A DNA stretch of 64,000 nucleotides from Thermoplasmatales archaeon (GTDB lineage Archaea > Thermoplasmatota > Thermoplasmata > Thermoplasmatales > Thermoplasmataceae), in the NCBI GenBank assembly GCA_027310185.1, contig DAIDBH010000018.1, positions 1 through 64,000 of the forward strand, written 5' to 3'. Every line of letters begins with the position of its first letter. Positions within the stretch are counted from its first letter, which is position 1. This document shows positions 20,499 through 29,779 of this stretch, one piece after another. The notes beneath the pieces are model-generated. The model made no database searches, was not told the origin of the DNA, and saw nothing but the letters and a program-made list of their open reading frames with translations. The translations under genes and the position numbers were made by a program.

Positions 20499-21134
20499 GT
20501 GAAATTTCCTGACTTGAAAATAAACAATGGTGACCATTATGCATTGCTGATAAGGCATGCGGAACGCGGTAATGTAATACCAAATGAAGCCAGCCATACA
20601 ATTAATTTAACCATTAATGGTAAACATGATGCTTTTAACATGGGAATGGAAATGAAAGAAACACTGGGAGATATATATACCAGCCCAATAATAAGATGCG
20701 TTCAGACCGCTTCGTGGATTGTTTACGGTTCCGGGACTAATCGCAGAATTAAGATAAGCAAGAAGCTAGGAGATCCCGGTGCCTGGATTGAGGATGACCA
20801 AATAGCCTTTAAATCTTTCATAGATCTTGGAATTCACAAATTAATAAAGCGATTATTAAACGGGGAGAATGTGCCTGGTATGAAAGACTTCAAGCTTGGA
20901 TTTAGTGATCTGTTAAATTTCATCTCTAAAGAGTTAAAACCCCATAATGGAAATGTCCCTGTGTTCATCTCCCACGATGCAGTCATAGCACCCGTAGTAG
21001 GGTTTGCTCTCAAAACAACCAATCCTGATATAATATTTCCCACATTTTTGGAGGGAACAATAATAATGAGGAATTCATCAGGCTACAAACTCTACTGGCG
21101 GGGAAAGTGGTATCCATTACATTATCCAGATTAG
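20499..21134 (+). CDS. Histidine phosphatase family protein
   Basis: LIRHAER, TSPIIRCVQTA, ISHD motifs. Confidence 0.9.
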   Translation: MKFPDLKINNGDHYALLIRHAERGNVIPNEASHTINLTINGKHDAFNMGMEMKETLGDIYTSPIIRCVQTASWIVYGSGTNRRIKISKKLGDPGAWIEDDQIAFKSFIDLGIHKLIKRLLNGENVPGMKDFKLGFSDLLNFISKELKPHNGNVPVFISHDAVIAPVVGFALKTTNPDIIFPTFLEGTIIMRNSSGYKLYWRGKWYPLHYPD

Positions 21135-22429
21135 CTTCGTGACTCATGCATTAATTTAGTATAAAATTCCATTAGCCTATCTACATGGAATTCAACAGAT
21201 TGTACATCACCGGTATCCGAATAAAGGTATCTTGAATTTCCCAACCTCTTTGCAAGTTCAGGATTTTGGACGAATTTTTCCATCTGCATAGTTAACGATT
21301 TAATGCTTCTGAACTCGAATAGAAGACCATTTCTTTCATTTTCCACATATTCCTTCATGCCACCAGTGGCAGCAGCTATAACAGGCACACCTACCTGTTG
21401 AGCTTCATGTATTACCAGAGGGGAATTCTCCAGCCAAATTGATGGGACTACGATGGCATCAACTTTATTGAACACTTCTTCAACAATTTTATCTCCATTA
21501 AATTCTCCCATCCACTCTATGGAGTTATTTTCATTTTCCGAAACTTTCTCTGATAATTTTCTCAGAAATGTGGTACTATCTGATCGATATCTACCCCAAA
21601 TTCTTAATTTTGCTTTCAATTTCATATTTGCAAAAGCCCTTATCAGATAATCAACACCTTTTGCAGGAATATGAGTGCCAATATACCCAAAAACGAATTG
21701 CTCCTCCTTTTCCCTTATTCTGTTTGATAACTTATTAAGATTGAAACCATAGTCTAGAAGGGAAACTTTACCTGCCTCATGTGGAAAAGATGTTTTGAAG
21801 CTTTCGATCACAGTTCTGGAAGGGGAAATAAACAAATCAACGTCCCTTACCGCATTTCTCGCAAACTCCATTCTGGAATTTACCCAACCTGTCCAATAGG
21901 CAACGTCCTTTCTGTCATCATCCTTGCCCGTAAAATATCGACTGTAACAAATCCGTGCGCATTTACTATCTTCCTGCTCATCACAGGAATTCCATGGTTC
22001 ACCGTTTAAATTCCATTGAAGGAATTGGCCTCTTGGACACATAAGCCAGAAATCATGCAATGTGTAAACAGAAGGGATGTTCATTTTTTTAACCTCAGAT
22101 GGTAGGGAAAGGGAAAGGTGGTTCAGATGCTGAAAGTGTACAATATCTGGCTTGACGGTTTCAAGAATTCCTCTTAGCTTAACATTGACCTCTTCGCTTA
22201 AATATCTATCTTTCGTCCTGGAAAGGTTAATAGTATATCTTACCAGAGCACCATTATTCTCTACATCTCTTCTTAGGTTATACTCAGGTAAAAATGGGCT
22301 TTCTTCCCTACTGAAAATAAAGACTTCATTTCCTCTCTTTAAAAGTTCCTCAGTAATCGTCTTCGTATAGTTCTCAGAACCTGCATTGTACTCAGGTGGA
22401 TAACCATGTATTACCTGAAGGATCTTCAT
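21131..22429 (-). CDS. GT4 family glycosyltransferase with Cys-rich insertion
   Basis: MKILQVIHGYPP..AGSE; HDFWLMCPRG..C..C..C; KGVD; PSIWLENSPLVIHEA. Confidence 0.92.
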   Translation of the reverse strand: MKILQVIHGYPPEYNAGSENYTKTITEELLKRGNEVFIFSREESPFLPEYNLRRDVENNGALVRYTINLSRTKDRYLSEEVNVKLRGILETVKPDIVHFQHLNHLSLSLPSEVKKMNIPSVYTLHDFWLMCPRGQFLQWNLNGEPWNSCDEQEDSKCARICYSRYFTGKDDDRKDVAYWTGWVNSRMEFARNAVRDVDLFISPSRTVIESFKTSFPHEAGKVSLLDYGFNLNKLSNRIREKEEQFVFGYIGTHIPAKGVDYLIRAFANMKLKAKLRIWGRYRSDSTTFLRKLSEKVSENENNSIEWMGEFNGDKIVEEVFNKVDAIVVPSIWLENSPLVIHEAQQVGVPVIAAATGGMKEYVENERNGLLFEFRSIKSLTMQMEKFVQNPELAKRLGNSRYLYSDTGDVQSVEFHVDRLMEFYTKLMHESRS

Positions 22430-23360
22430 GAAATAGAAATTTATAATTACTATAAAATCTTAATCTCCGGTTTATTTAAGGACAATCTATTATTTTTCTG
22501 CTCCAATTTCTATTTTTATCTTTGGATCTGCGAGAATGTGATTAATGAAAAAGTAGAATCTTCACCTCGTATTTGATCATGATTAAATATTCTTTATTTC
22601 TGATTGTATTTTGTGACGGAACCAGATAGAATAGGTCCGATCTAATCAAAATCCATAGGATCTGATATAGTGAGTAGAGCGAATTGCCAATTGTTTCAAT
22701 CCCCTTGTACCATTTATGAAAACACAGCTGTATAAGGTTCTTTACGCGTCCTCCCTTTGAAGGTGCATTCAGTGTTTTGGGAAATCTCAAATTATTGCTC
22801 AACAGTCATGTTAAAAAGCTAATCCGCATTTAAGGGAGCTCCCCTGGATAAAACTTTATTTAATAATTGAAAGGAGGATCAATTTGAGTGCACATTAAAA
22901 TCGCTTATCTGGAAATTCTTAATTATCTTGTGCATAATCTATCTTCCGATCATATTGACTGAAGCTTTACTGTCTCACAAATTGAAAATGAATGACCACT
23001 CAGACCCGTGCGATGACGTAATTGGAATGTACGACTTCTCCGAAGTTCTTTCAGTGTTAACAGGTATCAATTTCTAAAAAGTTTTAAAGGATCACTCGAA
23101 CGAATTAAAAGGATTATCGTTCTATCTATCAGGTAAGAAAGCGGAGTTAAGAGAAGAGAGGTTTTCAGAGAATACAATATCAACCATAGTCACCCTCAAT
23201 CTGATATCTTCCTACTCACTATGGTATGGGTTTAGTAGAGCGAAAGTTCATTCAAAAATTCCTTCCAATAGCTTGAGAGCAAGGATGAGTGAAAATCCAA
23301 AGGAGATAATGAAGATCGCCATTTGTTGAAATATGAGACACCCTATCAATCAAAATTATA

Positions 23361-25001
23361 TCACCTAGCCCTCAGCCAATCATCTTTCATATAAACGTCG
23401 ATATATCCATCCTGAGAAATGCAAAAAACAAAATTCCTTAAATTTTTTTTACTTCCATTAATCATGCATTGATATGCTGAGTAATGTCTTCCTCCACCCA
23501 TGGGTTGGTTTGTGTTCGCCCCAATTTTCTTAAGAAAGTTTGTCCAGTATGATTCGCATTCGGGCTTGTCCACATTAATAATGTTTCCATATCCTTTGAT
23601 AAACAGATTATTATTTAAATCAATATTAAGTCTTGTTATGCCATCTACAGTACACAATTGATAAACCCACCTCCCAATCTTTACTAAATAATCCTCTGAT
23701 GAATTATCTGGATCATATTTGATGGCAAAAGGACTATTGAGGTTATCTCCTATTTTACTTTTTGATTTGTCTAATTTTCCTGTTTCCACTACCGATGCGC
23801 TATCATCAATAATAACCTCTATAGTGGCCCCATGATTATGGTATCCAAGCTGATAAGAAAGTCTCGCAATTCTATATATTGTGGCTAATAAATCCGGGTT
23901 TGCATCTGACGATACACTATCTTGATTTAGTTTTTTTGTTAAAATGGTTGCCTTGTGGTAAAGATCGACATATCTCCAACTTCCAGCAAAGTAATCTATA
24001 ATCGGATCATAATCCATTTGGATTGAAATAGTACCATTTTGTAATAATATGATATTAAGATTTTTTCCATCTTCTTCTGGATCGGGTAATATGTAATCTA
24101 ATCCATAGAGCATTGATAACGGGGCACCTTTGTGATCTGACCAGAAATGATCTATTACTATTGAATCTTCTGATGGCGTCTGCTTGGAAAATTTAAGGAC
24201 TGCCACTCCGCGGCCAAAGCTTTTTCCAGCTTCCTCTAAATCAGATACAAATTCTCTTTCCGGTTTCGATTTCATATTCATTAAAGATGTAATCCTTTCT
24301 TCGAGTTTAGTCTTAAGTTGTTTTCCTTCCAACTCAAAATCGTCATTGGAAGAAGATGAATCATCCTGAGAGAATTGAGCAATAGTATCCCAAGATCCAT
24401 ATATCCCCAAGCTTAAATCTAATGTGATAGGATATTCTTCCACTCTCCTTTCTCTTATATACATTATCCCCTCTATGACATTGCTTATTCCCATCGAAAA
24501 ATTCTTGGTATTATCACTTGTTAGGATTTCGTTTAGACGAGAAACGGTTTTCTTAAAATGTATTTCTGCTGGATTTGTATCCTCAATCAATGATTTATAA
24601 TCTTCTTGCATATTTAAAAGAAATTGATTTAAGAAGGCAAAATATCTTGGTACTGTCAATGAAATCAACTGTCTATAACTCAAATTTTGATTATTATTAG
24701 TCTCACTAAATACTTGTAGCAAAGTGGCAGCTACACCACATGCAGCTGGGTTATTAGAAAATAGATTCCATATGTTATCTGTCTCCAAAAATAAACTATT
24801 TACCATTTTTGTCCTAATTTTGAACATTTTATCATTCACTCCTTGAAGTGAATTCAAAAGACCTGCAAGGAACTCATCTCTTATGCTTTCAATAGTAACT
24901 TCTTTTTCTTCTTTGGTTTGCAACTTACTGAACACAATTTCTCCTGAAAGGCCAAAAATTTGACTAAAAGCATCGTTTAATTTTGATTCGTTGTTAATCA
25001 A
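23361..25001 (-). CDS. Diadenylate cyclase (DisA_N/DAC) domain protein with long N-terminal region
   Basis: C-terminal HGATI...LCTVDGI...GGRHYSA...CISQDGYI corresponds to DAC motifs (GA, DGA, RHR/RHxSA, vSqDG); 4-bp ATGA overlap with upstream gene. Confidence 0.72.
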   Translation of the reverse strand: MINNESKLNDAFSQIFGLSGEIVFSKLQTKEEKEVTIESIRDEFLAGLLNSLQGVNDKMFKIRTKMVNSLFLETDNIWNLFSNNPAACGVAATLLQVFSETNNNQNLSYRQLISLTVPRYFAFLNQFLLNMQEDYKSLIEDTNPAEIHFKKTVSRLNEILTSDNTKNFSMGISNVIEGIMYIRERRVEEYPITLDLSLGIYGSWDTIAQFSQDDSSSSNDDFELEGKQLKTKLEERITSLMNMKSKPEREFVSDLEEAGKSFGRGVAVLKFSKQTPSEDSIVIDHFWSDHKGAPLSMLYGLDYILPDPEEDGKNLNIILLQNGTISIQMDYDPIIDYFAGSWRYVDLYHKATILTKKLNQDSVSSDANPDLLATIYRIARLSYQLGYHNHGATIEVIIDDSASVVETGKLDKSKSKIGDNLNSPFAIKYDPDNSSEDYLVKIGRWVYQLCTVDGITRLNIDLNNNLFIKGYGNIINVDKPECESYWTNFLKKIGANTNQPMGGGRHYSAYQCMINGSKKNLRNFVFCISQDGYIDVYMKDDWLRAR

Positions 25002-26413
25002 TTTATCTTCCTCTCACTCTGATCTTTTTTCAAAATAGATTCTATCCGTCCTTTTAGTGTTGCAACAATAGTGTCTAGTGTCCATAGTTCTCCTCGAAGC
25101 TTGTCTATGCTGATTAAGAAATCATCTCTTAAAGGGCTGTCGACTTCCATCATGTTTAAACGTTGTTTAAAACTCTCAAACTCTTTCCTTTTTTCACTTT
25201 GGAATTTGAATTCTTTATTAATTATGAGTATTTGATCTCTAATATTATCCCATATACCAGAATCAAGGGTTTCGCTTAATATCTTTTTCGAACTTCTTCC
25301 ATTTGATTCATTGAGAACGTGTCCTAAAGCATCTATTAGAAATGATCTGCAAAGAATTGATGTTGCAGTATATCTATGGTCGTGATCAGGTATGTCATTT
25401 GGCCAATCAAAAGTTTTATAAAAAATCTCCCCCAGTCTAATTAAATTTTGTATTTCCAAATCTCTCTGTTTTTGATTATATACTTCCTTTGGTTGGTCAT
25501 CTATTAAATTTCTTACAAAGGTTAGAAAATTATTAGAAGTTAGCGGTTTGATCTTCCTGCCATCTTTAGTTTTTTCGCCTTGCCATCTTCCAACTACTTC
25601 GAACCAAAATGAATCTGGTTCCTCTGAAACTCTCGATACAATCCAACTCGCAATTATATCACCCTTGTCTTGTACATTCTGAATTAGGCTGCAAGCTTCT
25701 ATCTCACTCACATTCTCTATAGAATTCTCTGATCTTTGGCGCTCCAATGCCAAATCAAAGGCTACCGCAACTTTTGCAATTTTTTCACCCCCGCTCAATT
25801 TCTTCTGACCCCTGTTTAAAAATATTGCCATCCCTATTGACTCTATTTGTTCAGCATCAAGGTATATTTTAATTGGTATCATTGGCGATCCTATTGAATT
25901 AGGTCCTATAGACTCTTTCTCTGGAGTATATTTTTTCATTATATTTGACGAGTAATGTTTTGGTGCTGTAAGGCCTTTTTTTGACGAAATATAGTTTTTA
26001 TACTTCTTCTTTTCTTCCTCCTCCTCTTTCTTTTGCAAATCAGATTTAAGTTTAGGGTCTAACTCTATCAGTCCATTAAATCTATGCCTTCCATCGATTA
26101 AATACAAATTCTTTGGTTCCGAAGTTCTGTCTGCACTTTTTTCGAGAATTGCAACAAGTGGCGATAAAAGACCATAAGTACCCATTTGCTCCATTAATTC
26201 GTCTCTGTGTTGCGGGCGCATTGCTCTGGGGTTATACTTATCAGCCTGTGTAATGTCATCAACACAGTCCAATGGAACCATGCCAATAATATAATTAATA
26301 TCCCTTGGATTCGTACCCACTTCTATTTTCTCATTTCCTTCTATATAACGTGTCAATTCGAATGGATGAGAGGTATAAGTTCCAGTTACCCTATTTAATT
26401 TAAATAGTTGCAT
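24998..26413 (-). CDS. DGQHR/ParB-like (DndB/DpdB-like) protein
   Basis: PRAMRPQH, LYLIDGRHR, FLNRGQKKLS motifs typical of DGQHR domains. Confidence 0.8.
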   Translation of the reverse strand: MQLFKLNRVTGTYTSHPFELTRYIEGNEKIEVGTNPRDINYIIGMVPLDCVDDITQADKYNPRAMRPQHRDELMEQMGTYGLLSPLVAILEKSADRTSEPKNLYLIDGRHRFNGLIELDPKLKSDLQKKEEEEEKKKYKNYISSKKGLTAPKHYSSNIMKKYTPEKESIGPNSIGSPMIPIKIYLDAEQIESIGMAIFLNRGQKKLSGGEKIAKVAVAFDLALERQRSENSIENVSEIEACSLIQNVQDKGDIIASWIVSRVSEEPDSFWFEVVGRWQGEKTKDGRKIKPLTSNNFLTFVRNLIDDQPKEVYNQKQRDLEIQNLIRLGEIFYKTFDWPNDIPDHDHRYTATSILCRSFLIDALGHVLNESNGRSSKKILSETLDSGIWDNIRDQILIINKEFKFQSEKRKEFESFKQRLNMMEVDSPLRDDFLISIDKLRGELWTLDTIVATLKGRIESILKKDQSERKIN

Positions 26414-26471
26414 CTTAACTTTAATTAGAATTCTTATAATAATTTTCTTATTCTAAATTCGCACTAAAGAA

Positions 26472-28028
26472 TCATTTCTTGAATTCCAAATCTGATAATT
26501 TCGTCCCCACATGAGTATCAAATTCCTCAAGGATTGGTGCAAATGTTTTATAATATAATCCATTCATCAAAGCGTAGCTATATTCATATTTTTTCCTGAC
26601 AACTTCCATAACAGTTACAGTTTTCATTCTCAAGTTATAGATATGTTTTTCTGAGGTCATATTAGTAAGTCTAAAATCATAAGATAAGATTTCTGGTCTC
26701 ATTTCATCCTTCCAATGAACGGGTCCAAATAATCCACTCATCGTAATAACATCAAAATCTAAGTTTTCTTGAATATTATAATTTTCTCTTATTTCATTTT
26801 TAATTTTTCTATGACTATTGCTTTTGGAATAGGGTTTTTTGGACGAACACTCCAAAATAAGTAGAATATGTCCCCTAGATTTAAATTTTGATAAGGGAAA
26901 TGTATACTCTTTTTTAATTTGTTTTCTCGTTGAAAACGATATACTGCCCATGGTTGTTGGAGAATAATCCACTGCTTTAATTCTGTTCTTTTCCTGATAA
27001 ATGTTGTGTAGAGCTATATAAGCCATGATATCTGATTTAGTATATTCATCAGTCGTTGCTTTATTCAAAAAGATGTTAATTATCTCATTTGCTTCTATTT
27101 CTTTCAGTTTTTTGCAGGCGTAACAACTACACCCTTTTAGTGCCTTCGGATTGAATGATTGATATGAATTGGTCTGTTTGTCGTACCATTTATGGTACAT
27201 TGCAGCTCTGGCATATGTAGAATTATCATAGGAATATTTTATGCGATCCTCAACACGTCTTACAACTTGAGATCCTATCCCAAAAAAATGAACAGACTTT
27301 TCGTCTCCAAAGTCATTCTTTATCAATGTTATAGTATAATTTGCATTATCTATTACCAAATTACGTTGACTTGTTAAAGGAACTTGGCTTCCAAGAGCAA
27401 AATTAATTCTCTCGTCTGAAATATCAACATTTTGTTTCAATTTATTGTAGAAATACTCAATTTCAACTCTATTTCTTCCATGAATCACAAGATAAATTTC
27501 CTTTGTGTTTTCTTTCGAAATGTCTAAAAGTTTCTTTATATTATTTAAATTTAGATATAACTTTTTTTGAAAATCCTCCCGACTATCATATGGAGATATC
27601 GGTATATCCAAGTTACATATTTTATTAGCCCCATATTCACTTTGAAGTTTATATATTCCTTCCTGGTTTGCTTCAACTCCCCACTTTGATAAATCCACCT
27701 TGTCTCCTTGTAGGAACTGATATCCCCCACTATCAACAAAAATCGATCCATTTTTAAAGAATCTATCTGTCTCCTTAGACAAAGAAAGAGGAGAGTCACC
27801 AATCCAACTTTGCCAAGCCCCATCAGAAAGACCATATGCAGTGAAGTGAAATGCTTGAACCATTATTTTAGGTTTTCTAACAGTTTTTGATAGATCAGCT
27901 TTGATTTTCTTCCATATGCCTCCATTTCTATCTAATGGGGGGGGACCCGTCATTAGATGCAGTACTGGATAGAAATCTTTCACATATGGCAAATACATAA
28001 TGACAATAAAACTTTCGCCATTTCTCAT
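26472..28028 (-). CDS. DpdA-like guanine transglycosylase with C-terminal DUF5591/YaaA(DpdC)-like domain
   Basis: VDSGGYQ, NLDIP, IHG, ALGS, VHFFGIG, SYDNS, Zn site CSCYAC...ALHN; tail ILECSSKKPYS...SGLFGPV...YDFRL; no PUA domain seen; defence-type neighbours. Confidence 0.85.
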   Translation of the reverse strand: MRNGESFIVIMYLPYVKDFYPVLHLMTGPPPLDRNGGIWKKIKADLSKTVRKPKIMVQAFHFTAYGLSDGAWQSWIGDSPLSLSKETDRFFKNGSIFVDSGGYQFLQGDKVDLSKWGVEANQEGIYKLQSEYGANKICNLDIPISPYDSREDFQKKLYLNLNNIKKLLDISKENTKEIYLVIHGRNRVEIEYFYNKLKQNVDISDERINFALGSQVPLTSQRNLVIDNANYTITLIKNDFGDEKSVHFFGIGSQVVRRVEDRIKYSYDNSTYARAAMYHKWYDKQTNSYQSFNPKALKGCSCYACKKLKEIEANEIINIFLNKATTDEYTKSDIMAYIALHNIYQEKNRIKAVDYSPTTMGSISFSTRKQIKKEYTFPLSKFKSRGHILLILECSSKKPYSKSNSHRKIKNEIRENYNIQENLDFDVITMSGLFGPVHWKDEMRPEILSYDFRLTNMTSEKHIYNLRMKTVTVMEVVRKKYEYSYALMNGLYYKTFAPILEEFDTHVGTKLSDLEFKK

Positions 28029-28040
28029 AGTATGAGCTGT

Positions 28041-28475
28041 TCACCTTAAACTGTTACCTTTTTTGGACATTTTCTCTAATTCGTTAATTAAATAAACAAC
28101 TAATTTTTCTTTGTCTTTCCATTTGCTTGTTACTTTTGGGAGACCATAACCATTTTCAGATATTATTTTCTTAATTGTTGCTAACTCAAAACCTAGGAGA
28201 TATTCTTTAAATTTTTCTCTTTCGAGTTCTTCAAATTTTGAAAGAATTTCTGTTATTTTTGGAGGAATTTCTGGGTTAGTACCTTTCACACTCCTTTTCT
28301 TTCTGTAGGTGTTATCATTATCTTTTATATGAGTCGAAGAGAGCTCATCTATTAGTATGGAAAGATCCAATGAAACTTCCTCAAGTCTTCTCTTGATACC
28401 CTCAAGCTTTTTAACACTAATGTTTGTTGATTTTTTTCCTTTGGCTTTATTTTCCTGCTCGCTCAAGTATAACAC
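28041..28475 (-). CDS. Small helical hypothetical protein (ParA partner)
   Basis: Overlaps ParA stop; coiled-coil N-terminus; Lys-rich C-terminal KWKDKEKL; true start may be TTG at 28466. Confidence 0.65.
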   Translation of the reverse strand: MLYLSEQENKAKGKKSTNISVKKLEGIKRRLEEVSLDLSILIDELSSTHIKDNDNTYRKKRSVKGTNPEIPPKITEILSKFEELEREKFKEYLLGFELATIKKIISENGYGLPKVTSKWKDKEKLVVYLINELEKMSKKGNSLR

Positions 28476-29313
28476 CTGTTAATTCCTGTATCTCTTCCCT
28501 TATATCACCATATCCTAAAAGTTGTCCGCTTGTTGGACCATTTATCCAATTTGAATCTCTTCTTATTTCAACCTCTCTTTCTAAAATGGCAGAATTTTTT
28601 ATAAATGGATGCAAAACCTCAGGGTAATTTTTAGTTCTAGTCCACACTTCTAAATTGCTAACATATTTTTTATGAGTATTATTATTTGAAGAATACTTAG
28701 AGATTATAATGCCCAATGAGTGTTTTTTTATACTATAAGTTTCACCAATTTCTTTAAGAAGTTCCGGTATTCCGTAAGTAGATAGGTAGTTGGGAATGAC
28801 GGGTATCAGGTAGAAATCGCTTAATCTTAAGCCATTCCTAGAAACTAATCCTAAATTTGGTGGAGAATCAATTATGACGTTTCTATATGCTTTTAATTTG
28901 TATCCGAGCTCCCTGACTAATATCTCTTCTACAGAATCCCTACCCTCCGGATTATTTACAAATTCGTATAATCTCTCTTGTAAGTATGCCAGAGAAGGAG
29001 AACACGGAAGTAGGTCAAGAGTTCCAGTTTTATCTCTCAGTTTACCAATATCTTTGAAGATCACTTTATCAAAATCAAAGAAACTCTTTTTCTCTATATA
29101 ATCCCTAAACAACCTGGTCAAGGTCATATCCTTGTTGTTTTTTTCTCCCCATGCTTCTTCATCTACAAAAGACAATGTCAGATTTATCTGAGGATCAAGA
29201 TCTATTAGCAATGTCTTTTGCCCATAATAAGATGCCATGTATTCTCCAACTAAACCTGCAATTGTTGTTTTTCCAACTCCCCCTTTCATATTTATAAAAC
29301 TCAATTTTACCAT
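28447..29313 (-). CDS. ParA/MinD family ATPase
   Basis: Deviant Walker A MKGGVGKTT, IDLDPQ, IIDSPPN. Confidence 0.92.
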   Translation of the reverse strand: MVKLSFINMKGGVGKTTIAGLVGEYMASYYGQKTLLIDLDPQINLTLSFVDEEAWGEKNNKDMTLTRLFRDYIEKKSFFDFDKVIFKDIGKLRDKTGTLDLLPCSPSLAYLQERLYEFVNNPEGRDSVEEILVRELGYKLKAYRNVIIDSPPNLGLVSRNGLRLSDFYLIPVIPNYLSTYGIPELLKEIGETYSIKKHSLGIIISKYSSNNNTHKKYVSNLEVWTRTKNYPEVLHPFIKNSAILEREVEIRRDSNWINGPTSGQLLGYGDIREEIQELTGVILERAGK

Positions 29314-29320
29314 TTACACA

Positions 29321-29779
29321 TCACCTTGTCAGTAAGTCATTTATCAAACTTGCGTTATACGCTCTTATACCAATAGAACATTGTTCACTATTTAAATTCA
29401 TTCCACTATAAGTTAGGTTGGCTGAACCCATGTAAAAAAAAGTAGATGTTATTACTGCCTTTTTATGCAGGTTATCTTCAATCTTTAAAGTTACATTCTC
29501 GTTGCTTAAGTATTCAGCGAAATTTCTTTCTATGCCCGTATAAGAATCTTTTCGTGTCTTGATCAATAGTTTCAACATCCTAACTTTGCTGATTTCGAAT
29601 AGAAAATTCAGGAACGAACTCAACTGTACGTATTTATTATTAGGTATATTAATTGGAAAATCAGTTAAATATGGTGAAATCACCGTGATCTCCCTTTGCT
29701 CTAGCAGTATAATTTGTGCTAACATGAAAGGAAGCGAATTACAGTTCAACCCATATAACAGATTGGTCTTTGTCTTCAT
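29321..29779 (-). CDS. Phospholipase D-like nuclease (DpdK/DrmC-like)
   Basis: ISPYL; LHKK...GSANLT.SG..N.E single HKD-type motif; overlaps helicase stop. Confidence 0.85.
   Translation of the reverse strand: MKTKTNLLYGLNCNSLPFMLAQIILLEQREITVISPYLTDFPINIPNNKYVQLSSFLNFLFEISKVRMLKLLIKTRKDSYTGIERNFAEYLSNENVTLKIEDNLHKKAVITSTFFYMGSANLTYSGMNLNSEQCSIGIRAYNASLINDLLTR

Noticed and set aside
22542-22802. 86-aa minus-strand ORF as a possible DAC effector
   Set aside because: TTG start, 560 bp from the DAC stop, no recognisable motif
26472-28028. Housekeeping archaeosine tRNA-guanine transglycosylase or ArcS
   Set aside because: No PUA domain, AT-rich island context, and DGQHR/helicase/PLD neighbours favour a DNA-acting paralog (not formally excluded)
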